Assembly: GCA_026025075.1 (NCBI GenBank)
Contig: JAPEUI010000066.1
Location: 62,001-98,897, forward strand
DNA length: 36,897 nt
Source: Vezdaea acicularis
Lineage: Eukaryota
Direction of reading: 5' to 3'
Shown piece after piece: positions 11,248 through 22,900 of the stretch (its first letter is position 1; every line of letters starts with the position of its first letter). The notes beneath the pieces are model-generated. The model saw nothing but the letters and a program-made list of their open reading frames with translations. It searched no databases and was not told the origin of the DNA. A program made the position numbers and the translations under genes.

Positions 11248-13518
11248 ATGTCCTCGATAAGGCAGTCAACAGATAGTGCCAATGTGGGGTTTGAAAACGA
11301 CTTCAATGGGAGCTTGGGTTATTCCGCCGCGGGCTATGATTACAGCCAGCAAGCTGTCCCCCACTTCGGGCCTTCATCGATCGCCAGTGGTCCGACACAG
11401 CAATTAGTGCCCGACCCTCGAGCCTTTGCAGCCTACAATCGGATTCCTACTACTTTCGATCAGATGGGTCAAGATGCGGCGGACGTAACTTCATATGGGG
11501 AAGATGCAGGCCAAGACATTACGGCCATCACGGGCCAGTCTGAGTTACGGCAGTCTGACACTTTGGGCCAAGCCACTAAACAGACCCTCTCCATCCAAGA
11601 AGTACCGTCGGCCCTTGAAGTGGAGGAGAAGTCCAAGAAGCGGATACGGAAACCCGCAAAGCCTAGCGGGAACGAGAGTGACGACGAGACGTCCAGGAAG
11701 AAGCACCGCGGACGGCCCCGTCTCCATCCCCAGGAAGAAAACGCGGCAGAGGTAAGCGATCCGTCCCCTTGGGTGGGAAGTGGACCCCTGACCAAGCGGG
11801 TAGAGACGCCGAACACAGATCAGGATGGCCCAGAGAGCTTATCGAATGCGCAAGGAAACCACCATCTCGAAGTTGACGAAGCAGTGTTCTAGCTTGAAAC
11901 AAATTGTTGATGAACAGCAGAAGACATTTCTAGAGTTCACTGCAAAGTTTCTACAGATCCAACCAAGTTTAGATGAGGAAATTAGGGAAGCAACGAGGCA
12001 TTTCCTCGTACTGGCTCAAAATGCAAACGAGGAGCCAGACTCGGAGCACGAGGAACGGGATGCGGATGGGAATCTCGACCGGGAAAGTCCTGAGATTTTA
12101 GGACAAAAGTCCGGAGTCTCAGCGGCTGCTATCCCTGCATCGTTAGGATCAGCGCAACGGACTGTCACTTCTGCTTGGGGTTATCAAATCGTCAGTGACG
12201 AGGTAGGTGACTATTCGGCCTTGACTCAGAGCGCCACAGATACCGACGGCTTTCCGGGCGGAGGAAGAGGCATGTCCAACGACAGGTGGAAACCCAAACC
12301 TTCCAGTCCCAAGCCACGTGACGCAGCCATTGCTCCCTCAACTGGTAGCCAGCAGTATCGGGCGATGCTGGATATTCCCCAAGTTGCTTTGTACAACAAA
12401 CCGTTTGGATCCCCTTTAGAAGGATTTCTGCCTCCGCCGGTAACCTATTCCTCAACGGAGTCAACCTTCAGTCGCCGTCTGCAGCGGCGGTCGTTGGAGA
12501 AGGCATATTTCGTCATGACCGATAAGAACGTTCCAGACTTCATCGTCTCGAAGCTTTTCAAATTTACCTTCTGCTATAGTAGTCCTGAGCAGATCGTTGA
12601 ACGACTAAAGTACCTTTTAGCTAAGTCTGATCAAGAAGATCTTGAGTTCTGGCAAGCGCCAATGATACATATGGGAGGGTCTGGAACCCATTTTAGGGAT
12701 GGTAACGAGACCGACAACGCACAAGAAATGCAGGAATATGTCTTACGCTCCATTGGGCCTCAGCCACTCATACGGAGCGAGGTACTGGTAGATCCATGCA
12801 CATCGCCTGAGGTAATGATTGGGCTCTCTGGTTTTGAGGGTGAATGGTTCGACGCATCGGACGTCGAACGATACCTCTTATCAAAGGGAATGCGGATTGG
12901 ATCGGATAATCTCTTTGCAGAGATTGATGTTTCCGTAGCATCGTCACCGCAACTGCGACCACAATCGCCCAGCTTCACTGCAGGCAGCGCTCAATCATCT
13001 TCAAGGATGACAGGACACTCTCCTCGGACACCAGCTGCCGACTTGGGTGCTCAAAGCGACGATGCGATTGCCAATGACATGCTACTTCCCGATGCGGCAA
13101 ATGTCTTCAACCCTAGCCAGTTCGAAGGCGCCGGTATCATGAATATGGGCCCTGAGCTTGCAGACTTAAATAATCCCATTTACCGCACAACCGCGTCACG
13201 ACTTTTTGCCATGAATGACGCCACAGCCAAAGTTACAAAGCCACAAAATCCGGTGCTTCAGTTTGCAGAGGGTTGGGCGCCACATACTAACGTCCTAACA
13301 CAAAGAAGACCTACCCAGAAGGTCGTGATTGATGTCAATAAGCTGATAGAAGGTTCGTTTATACCCGAAGATGTTCTACGTTGGTATCCGAAGAGTCCTG
13401 CTAACTTGTTTCCAATCCAACAGAGATCAGTGATCGAGGTCTTTGTCTGGGCCGTTCGCCGGGATTTCGTCAATCTAGTGTGGACGAAGCATTACGCTCA
13501 GCACAAGAGGTTTACTAA
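11248..13518 (+). CDS. Fungal bZIP transcription factor
   Basis: Exons 11248-11751, 11804-13352 and 13424-13518. Splicing reconstitutes the basic region KKHRGRPR...NAAE/RRRTQIRMAQRAYRMRKETTISKL followed by a zipper. It also has TYSSTESTFSRRLQR, FEGEWFDASDVERYL and C-terminal CLGRSPGFR blocks typical of this fungal family. The start codon is inferred. Confidence 0.85.
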
Positions 13519-14132
13519 ACGATTGTGTGGTTATTTGTATCTGAGAGCGACGTTAGTTTTGGATTGATCAAGAGCATATTACAAACGGAATTGTGGAAAA
13601 GTCTAGAGGTTTCAAGGAAGCGGGTTGCCACTTGTATGCATCATTATTAGTCGCGATAGGGAGGCTTTTACGCGTCCCCAAGGATCTTTGAAGATCACTA
13701 TATCTACAATCGAATGTCATTAGAAGCTTTCGTAGCGAGAGCAAAAGTAGGATCCTTTCACGCGGGAAGCTTTCCATGCAGGAATCTTACAAGAGCCATT
13801 CGCTCCAAGCTTTCCCTCCAGCCTTATCGTTAAACTGATCTGAGGCTCTCCATTGCTGCCGAACCTCGGCTGTTCTTCTCTCTTTGGGGCTGAGACTCTC
13901 TAGTAGGATGCAATTTGAAATGGTTTTGCACACCACTCAACGACATTTTCAACAAGAACATAGACTGCCTGAATCTTTTCCACGGAAGACGAACATGCGC
14001 GACCATCTTAATACCCCGCTCAGCTCTACAGACAGTAGATTTGTGACGAAGAATGGCCATGTTCTACCAACACCTCGTCCAGCCACAAGTGCTGGATGGC
14101 CGCTTTCGAGCAAGCTATTCGACGCAGAAATC

Positions 14133-15826
14133 ATGAGCGGAGAAAGGCTTCGCACTATTATAGATAACACGAAGTATTCCGACACCTCATATGTGGACTA
14201 TTTGGAAGCGGTGGGCGGTCGTGGGTGTAAGTTTTCGCTGCGTTGAGTCAAAGCATACTAAGGCAGTGGGCTGATCGCGCGCAGGCCTTTTTGAGAACCT
14301 GCCAGCGCATGAGGAAGACGTTGCAAACTCCCTTTTTGTAGGTTCTAGCCTATCAACGTTTTGATGCTGGTGGTTTGGTACCTCTCCCTCTCATTGCATG
14401 GCTAATCGAAGCTGAAGAGATCTGCACAAGACTTCAACCCAGATTATAGGATATTGTACGCTCCTCTATCCCAACGATATATTCCACGAGCTGACTTTAG
14501 CAAAATCGTAGCTTCATTAAGCAAAAGCGAATATACCAGCAGGCGAGCCAGACTACGTTCGGCCGCATGGGCTTGAGACAAGACACTTGGATAGATCTTC
14601 TCAACTCGCTCTCAATATTGCCCAACTTCGTTAGAGTATTAGATGACAACAATGGAGGCTATTCAGGCTTCATATCTTATGCTACAGATGGAGTCACACC
14701 AGAAATGTTTCGTAAGAATGGCCGAGCCTAGCGATGAATGATTCTCCGAAGACTGACAAGCTGGAGATCTCAGCTTCAAAGCAGGAATGTGGATGAACTC
14801 CGAGCTGGCCGTCTATATCAAACATGACCTACGGACCTCGTCCAATATCGTCCTCATCTGTGGTCGAGAAGCCGACCTTGATATCTTCAAGAAGAGCCTA
14901 AATACCACAATGAACAAAAATGCTGGCGCTGTCGTTAATCCTTTTAGCATCCTAGTCCAGATAACAGGGGATTATGCAGCGATGATCGAATCCCATCGCT
15001 GGCGCCTTGATCTCCGGGTACTAACGCTCGAGTCCAAAACCGGCTGCTCGTCTTTCTACAATTATCCAGGCTCGTGGCAGGTCCCAGCTGAAGAACTCGA
15101 TATTGCTCGGGATATCTTTATGGCAAATGACTTGCTGAGCAACGTGGGGTACGCGGCAGCATTCCAGAGCGAACTATTGGCGTGGATAATTGATCAGCTA
15201 GAGGTGTTCGATCGTCTTCGCGCAAAGGAGAGTGATGTCGATAGTCGCAAGATAAGAAGTGCTCTGCAGGAGGAGCGGAGCTTCAGCATTTTTCGAGCAA
15301 AGCAGATTGCAGAACTGAAGAAACGCATCCAAACCCAGCTAGGCGTGGTAAGCACCCTTCATAACCCATGTAATGTGTTCTACCAGCAACTCATCTTCCG
15401 GTGTGTATTTAGTTGAACAGCAAAATCAACCAATGGGACAGCCAGACCGCCATCAAGACCGCCAAAACCTCTGCCTCCATCGCCGAACTCACCCGCCGAG
15501 ACAGCATCGCCATGAAAGTGATTGCCGGCCTCACCATGGTCTTCCTCCCCGGCACCTTCATCGCCACCTTCTTCAGCATGTCGTTCTTTCATGTGGGCGG
15601 CGAGACGGAGGTTCAATTGATCGTCGATAAGGCCATTTGGCTCTATGCCGCGGCTGCCGTGCCTTTCACCCTCATCACCGTCGCCATATGGTATGCGTGG
15701 CTGAAGCATATGAGGAAGACCGCGGCGTCGATCGAGACGAAGGAAATGCCGGTCATCTCATCGAATGAAGAGTGGGCCCTACAAAGATCTGAGACGGATC
15801 GGAGTCTGTCTTTGCTTGTGGACTAG
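14133..15826 (+). CDS. CorA-like Mg2+-transporter transmembrane-domain protein (divergent fungal family)
   Basis: The last exon encodes SIAELTRRDSIAMKVIAGLTMVFLPGTFIATFFSMSFF...IWLYAAAAVPFTLITVAIWYAW, a two-TM CorA-like tail. Approximate introns: 14227-14285, 14338-~14417, 14456-14511, 14712-~14766 and 15348-15411. The 5' exons and start codon are uncertain. Confidence 0.72.
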
Positions 15827-16116
15827 GTTATTGTTTGAGCGGTTATGCCGGTATGCTTCTTTTCAATGGTGCTTCACGGGAGGAGAGGGCTTCTATCCTG
15901 GCATGGCGTCAAGGAGTAGGAGAAGAATAAAGATACCTTCTTCGCGAATGAGATGGTGGCGTTATAGTCCCTAAATGATCCAAGCCACCGGTGCCGTCCC
16001 TTAATGAAATCACTTTGACTACAAAACTAGTTAAGACACGACTCCCCTGTCACAGTCACCCTGGAACCTGACCCTAACACCTAACCCTTCATCGTGATGT
16101 CCACCATCAAGCCCTA

Positions 16117-17726
16117 TCAACGATACCCCTTCACGTCTCCCTGTGGAGCCGAACCACCTAAGGATTCTCCCACGCCCGAGCCATAGGCTGGAGGGGCCGC
16201 ATTCCCGAACCCGAGCTCTCCAGTCGTAGGGCCCGCTGCGCCCGGTAGATCATAGTTGCTCTCCCCCTTTTCATCTCGAGCTTCCATGACCGTGGCTACA
16301 GGGCGGTCGCCACCGTCTACAACGACTTCTCCGCCACCTCTTACTCTTCCGATGACCATACCCTTCGCAACGGATTTAATGACAGCCCTCCTCGAGACCC
16401 CCGTCGCATCGACATAGACGAGGCCAACATGCTTGATGCTCCCCGTCAGGCCCTGCGCAACCTGAGCGGCCTCACTGCCGTACTTGTGCCCGACTACAGT
16501 CGTAGCAGCCACAGACCCGGATTGCAAGAGGCTCCGGGCTGAATGATCGACACCGTCCGCGATGGTGGAGAAGGCGATCATTGATTTATTGAGGAGACCT
16601 GGTTTATAATCCGCAGGCTTGCCCTCTTTAGGCGCTCTTTCGCCTTTCCGTGCCATTTTTGCGCCCAAGTTCTGAGCGTGCTTGTTCACCTGTCCGACTG
16701 TCTTGGCGGAAAGGTCGGCGGCGCCCTTGGAGAAGTTGTGTAGCTTCCGGACTCGTGCCTGGGCAGTCGGTGTGAATGTCATCGGATTCGCGTTTGGCTT
16801 CGTCTTTACTGTGAAATTATTTGCGCCGCTCTGCATGGCCTCTGATAATTTAGATGTCGTTGTGACAATCAGTCTGGAGGCGCTTGCTGCGTGGGAAACA
16901 ATGGTAGAGTTCTTGTACGCTGGATGATTGGCCATCTGTAAATACTCAGGGGATGCAGGACGGACGCCGATCTGATTCGAAGTATCGGACGGAAGCTGTA
17001 TCTCGACAGGATCTGGGTAAGGAGTTAGCGCATGACGCAAGAGATGGCGGGGCACCAATTGCAATTGCTTAACTAAAACGAACCTTTTGAGCCAACTTGG
17101 AGCTTGGAGTCCTCGAGAATGTTAAAGCCTTCACTCAGTTCTCCGACTACACTGCCATTTTCCTCGTCTACAAGAACGATGCGACCATGCTGTGCACCTC
17201 CACCATAGGCATACGCCTCTCCGGGACCGTACTCTGCTGGGTTGTAGCGCTTGCCTTTCTTCTCGTCTGGGTATCCTGAAGAAGTTGGCGGAGGTGCCCG
17301 TTCAAGGAATGCTGTGCATTGCGCAAGAATCGTCTCGAAGGTATCAACGTCTTCCTGGTTGACCCTTCCAGGCCCACTCCCCACGCTCGGGAATTCAATC
17401 CTTGTAAAAGCGCCGCTTCCCGGGCCTAAATCCCATCGCGGAATCAGATACGAAGTAGGCGGTTGATGATAGATCTGCGTTGTTGCTGGTAGTGGGAGGT
17501 CAAGCTCAGGCGGGAGATGTAAATGAAGGTAGAAATCCTCTTCAGGGGCTTCGTTTTGGGGATTGACCGTGGAGAGATCTGCGAATGGCGATGAAGTCGG
17601 AACCATCAATAGTGAGAGAGTCTGAGCGCCAGAGGGGGTCAAGGGCGACTCGTCACCATTTTGGATGTGATAAGCACGAATGTTGGGAATGGAATACAGG
17701 AGTCGGGGGTCATTGTGACCTGCCAT
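16117..17726 (-). CDS. Spartin-like / senescence-associated domain protein
   Basis: Two long ORFs are joined by intron 17083-17013 (GTTCGT...GCTAAC...CAG). The C-terminal half has KPGLLNKSMIAFSTIADG, VVGHKYG and VGLVYVDATGVSRRAVIKSVAKG, typical of the senescence (spartin C-terminal) domain. Confidence 0.82.
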
Positions 17727-18561
17727 GGTCGTTGGAGTTGCTTCGGACGTCGAGCGCGACGAGGGGCAGTGCTAACAGTTCGATACAGATTGAAGGGCCT
17801 TCACGATCTTCGATGAATTGATGTAATCTGAAGCGATGGGCGATCTCAGATGGAGAGTATAGGACAACTTTAGGAGTGAGACATGAGATGGGCAGCGCGG
17901 CGGCTACAGTCCCAACATCAAAATGCGTTAGGTGGGCTGTGCCATCCCACCTCTTGGCACGGCGCTTGAGATCTTGTTTATGATTTATGAGGGAGCTGAG
18001 CATAGTGATGTGACAGGCGACCCCAGGACCAGAGAGCGCTACCGCTGTACCGCATTGCTGGTACCACCAGATGGCAAATGGTTCCTGAAGAGACAGCCAG
18101 GAGAATGTTATTCGGTATGTCACTGCTATCAGGTTATTGATTTAGCGCTTTTGTTAGAAAGGTCGAAGCTGTGATCGTCAACTGATAGAGTCATTCACAC
18201 CAGATCAAATCAGGGCCATCACATAGCGTGTAAATTGCAGTACGGTTCACTAACTACAGAAAATAGTCTTTTGAACCTCCCATTTCTACAGAGTGCCGTT
18301 TCATGTAGAGCACTCGCCCTGTGCCTCCTGACAACAGGCTGGTGGCGGGGAAAGGAGCTTCGGTACGGCATGTGAAGGTTAGCCTCGGTTGTGCAGATGT
18401 CCTGGGGTCATTCATCCGAACTATCTTCAAATGCTTCACAAAGCCTTTCTCTTCACAGGTCGTTTCCTCCAATTTAGAACCCCCATAGATGAGTCTTTAG
18501 AGACAGTTAAGGCTGTCTAAGTAGTATCATTTATTCCTGTGGGTTCCACACCATCTGCACA

Positions 18562-19973
18562 ATGTCTGTCCTCCCGCGGACGCTGCGGCCCCTCGGCCGA
18601 CATATATCACGCCTCCCAACTCTTTCTTCGCGTAATTCCTTTCAGCCAGCTCAGAGGTAGGTAGATTTGGCTTCTGGAGTATTAAGGATGTGCTAATCGA
18701 CCTAGGACACGGCCATTATCTTCAACGTGCGCTCGACGGGAGGCGCTCGATATCTCAGATGTCCCTCCAACGCCCATCACCCACATGTCTGAAATAGAAG
18801 CGGCGATGGCTGAATCTGTTTCGAAGTTTGCTCAAGAAACGATAGTACCGAAGGTGCGCGAGATGGATGAGGCGGAGAGCATGGATCCTACAATAGTCGA
18901 ACGCCTGTTTGAGCAAGGGCTCATGGGCATTGAAATCCCAGAGGAGTACGGGGGTGCCGGCATGAACTTTACTGCGGCAATCGTTGGAATAGAGGAACTG
19001 GCTCGAGTGGACCCGAGCGTTAGTGTCCTGGTCGACGTGCACAACACTCTAGTAAATACAGCAATTCTTAGGTATGGAAGCTCGGAGTCTAAGAGGAAAT
19101 GGCTTCCGCGCTTGGCTACAGAAACTGTTGGTGAGTTCATCTATAACACGGTCTCGAAGTTCTTGCTCAATGTTTGAAGGATCATTCTGTCTGTCCGAAC
19201 CAGCATCAGGCTCCGATGCCTTCGCATTGAAGACGAAGGCCGAAAAATCCTCGTCTGGCTACCGGATAAATGGCTCTAAAATGTGGATAACTAATTCGAT
19301 GGAAGCCAATTTCTTCATCGTCTTTGCTAATCTTGACCCGAGCAAAGGCTATAAAGGCATATCGGCGTTTATCGTTGAGAAGGGTACAAAAGGATTCGCA
19401 ATTGCGAAGAAAGAGAAAAAGCTGGGTATCAGGGCGAGCAGCACGTGTGTAGTCACATTCGACGATGTCGAGATTCCGTTGGACCATCTCTTGGGCGAAG
19501 AGGGTCAGGGATATAAGTACGCAATTGGACTATTAAATGAAGGACGAATCGGTATTGCGGCACAAATGACAGGCCTCGCTCTAGGAGCCTTCGAGAATGC
19601 GGCTGCGTATGTCTGGAACGACCGGAAGCAGTTTGGCCAACTGGTTGGCGAATTTCAAGGTATGCAACATCAGATGGCGCAGTCTTATACCGAGATTGGT
19701 GCCGCTCGAGCGCTCGTCTTCAACGCGGCCCGCAAGAAGGAGGCAGGGGAAGACTTTGTACGAGACGCCGCCATGGCCAAACTCTACGCGTCACAGGTCG
19801 CGGGTCGTGTCAGTGGCCTCGCGATCGAGTGGATGGGTGGCATGGGTTTCGTGCGGGATGGAATTGCGGAGAAAATGTGGAGGGATAGTAAAATCGGCGC
19901 GATATATGAAGGAACGAGCAACATTCAGCTGCAGACAATCGCAAAACTGTTGCAGAAAGAGTATACTCGATGA
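18562..19973 (+). CDS. Mitochondrial short/branched-chain acyl-CoA dehydrogenase (ACADSB-like)
   Basis: Exons 18562-18656, 18706-19130 and 19180-19973. It has an Arg/Ser-rich presequence (MSVLPRTLRPLGRHISR) and the motifs GIEIPEEYGG, GSFCLSEPASGSD, INGSKMWITN, KLGIRASST, LNEGRIGIAAQ and IYEGTSNIQ. Confidence 0.95.
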
Positions 19974-22900
19974 ACACGGCCAGGTAAAGGGGGCAACCCG
20001 TCTTACTAAGCGATCTTGCATGTCATAGGTTATGGGGAGTTGGGTTTGCACGAGACAGGCGTTCTTCACTCACAAGATGTAGCCTTTATCCGCTGCTTGT
20101 GCAAGTCTTTCTGTAATCGTACAAGACACCATTATGATCGACAGCCTCCATAGAGCCCGAAAGTCTCTCCGTATCTATATGATGCCTCAAGACTCAAATT
20201 CTTTATTATCGTTTCTTCGTTTGTTGTGAGCTGGGGCGGCGCTGCTCCAGATTTGCCTGCGCTTTTACGTCGTCTGAAACGGGGCAGGACTTTACTCATG
20301 GACTTTGATGCTGTTGAAGTATACTTCTCGCCGTTCAACTCCTTAGACCGACGTTCTCGCATGGTATGAGAATGGTTTAGATGGAGTTTGCCTTGTTCCA
20401 GACATGGTTGAGCAGTGTAGGCACCCTGACAGACTATCACGTGCTCCCATCCCCTATTCAGTGTAAATGGAGGCTCTTCGGCTCAAACGGCCCTTCAAAC
20501 CCGCGTTCCGGGGAATATGTTTCCGTCAAGATACAGCGTCCAGCTTCGAAGGAGGCATGCGGGAACGCCGCCGTGACGGTTCCCCAACCATGAACAGTCC
20601 GCTTCGCATATCAGGTTACGGACTTCAGTTTGAAAATGTACGCGTAACGAGATGTTCGAATGCAATTATGATCGTCGATTGCGTTGATGGGGGCTTGCCA
20701 TCGGGCACGAACAGCGTGTGGCTGGGGAGAGCCGCTGCAGGAACGCGGCGACCGGTGACAGCTGCGGAGGAGCCGGGCCCGGGACAGACGATCATCTGGG
20801 CCAAGACCACCCGCAAGAAGCGCATCAAACGTCCTCCTTATCTGCGGGTAAGTGTGAAATGGGCAAAAGAATCCACCCGTCAGGCGCTCAGAATGCGCGC
20901 CATCCGACGGGTTGTCCGTTCGATCGTGCCTGATGATGGTGAAGTGGACGATACATGCCACCAGACTCCGATCCTCCGGGATGCAGGTTCAACTTCTTCA
21001 TGCTTCTTTCGACCAGCATTGGGCTCGGTAGGATGAGCTCCCGCTTCCCCGCTCCCGTAACGCGAAGGATCCATGCAACGACATGAGATGTTAGCCGTGA
21101 ACCAGTCCGCCTCCATGGGAAATCCTCCGAACACAACGGCCTGGCATGTCACGTCCACCACGATGATCTGTCAGCGTACAGATCGCGTTGATCCGCTCCT
21201 AGGGAAGACCCTGCGCGGCCTCTACGGCTTCAACCGCAGGGAGGCATTTTCCCGCAATCACGATCCGACTCGCCGAATAAATGGTGGCTTGAAATAACAA
21301 ATTCGAAGTCAACCAAGCACAGCCAGGTCCGAAATGCGGAAGGAGGACAATGCGGCGGAGTGAGCGCGCTGGATCATATCCAATGACCCCATTACAAGCT
21401 CGTCCGCATAGCCAATGGCTGTCGACGGCGTTGCCAGCGCTCGTCGCTTTTGCTCTGGCTCTGCCTCCGTCCTGAAGAGAATTACGCGAAGCAAAAGCGC
21501 TTGACAGAAGATGTTGGGGGAATGGTCTCGGTGGTCCTTGCCAGCAGAGCCAAAGGAGAGGACAAAGGAGAGAGATGCTCGACCGCAAATGAAAAGTGGA
21601 AGCTGCGGTAGCAGATGTCACTCAAACACTGTCCAAGCTCCTCGCAACCCGTGGCTGTCCCAGCACCGCCGTCTGGACGTAAGATTTTGGTTTGGAAGCG
21701 AGATTGGCTACGGGGGGGGCCCGATATCACTATCGGGGCGAGCACGACACTCCCCCAGAGATCACGCCCGTTCGTCAAGATGAGCTATCATGCGGTGGGA
21801 CTTATCGGCCTCCCATTGGTCCTCGGTGCACTCTCCTCCCCTTCCCCCTCTCTTCTCCTTCCACAAAGGCTGCTGATGCCTTGCCCATTTCGATTCATGC
21901 GAATCAATGCAGGTGCGGAGCCAGCTTGGGGCCGTGGCGTCTTGAGATTCCCAGCCCTTGCCACTGGGTCGAGATACGGTATCGGGGCTGGTGCGGGAGC
22001 AGCAAAATGGCGTCAGTGCGGAGCCGAGCAGGAAGAAAGGAACAGATGATACGCCGCTCATCGTCTGCTTGAGGTGCACGGCGGCGTCATCGTCCTCGGG
22101 AGCTCCGTCCCATCATCCACCGATTCGACAAGGCCCCGCCGAAGCAGGCGCCCGAGGAGGGACAGACGCCTTTGATGATCGACCGAACGTGGCCGTGGGG
22201 AGTGGCAGGTCGGCTACAACTTCCAAGCCATCGATTATGGACTATAACATATCGAGCCCGTCGAGCGCATCGTTCCCCCCGTTGACGGCCAAGCCCGACG
22301 ACACTAATTGATTGGGGGAGTTTCGAAACAGAGCAACACTCGTCAGTGCCTATCTATGCAACGCTCCCCAATGATGCACGCTCTCGTGATTCGCGAGACG
22401 GCGCGCGGTGCCCGTCGAGAAGCTTCTCCGATGCGCCGATGAGTCTATTTGATGATCTTTGGTCACATTCTTTGGGGTGAATTAAGCTTCCCTGCAGTGT
22501 ACGTAATTGAGCTTGATGAACGGCCGTCTGCCCCCCAAGGGAGGAGAGGGAGATCTAGCAGTGAACCCCAAATACGTGGAGGCCATGTCTGGAGAGAGGA
22601 AGTCTTGTTCTCGAGAGATTTTTCTTCTTGTCGATGGGGGCAGCGCCGATGCAGAATGCTGCCCCCGCTCTCCACTAGATCACGGAGATCTATCTTGCTA
22701 GCATCTCTGCTCCCCCTTCCAAGCAGATCGTTTTTTCTCAAAGAAATTAAAAGCATTCGATCGGAGAGCCTTGGCATGGATGGAGCTGGTCGGACAGGGA
22801 AAATCTCGGAGTTTCCCTTCGCGTGATGTTAGAGCTCGGGCTCCTTATGGAAGGCGACGGTGAGGGTGAAGAAGGTATAGGCGACGGGCGCAGAAGCCAG

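Noticed and set aside
16066..16088. Interstitial telomere-like ACCCTAACACCTAACCCT
   Set aside because: Only about three imperfect units in a 3' UTR; too short to infer a fusion or healing scar.
20132..20440. Minus-strand ORF containing RRKSAGKSGAAPPQL, superficially like a histone H3 tail
   Set aside because: No histone fold or other support; low-complexity resemblance only.
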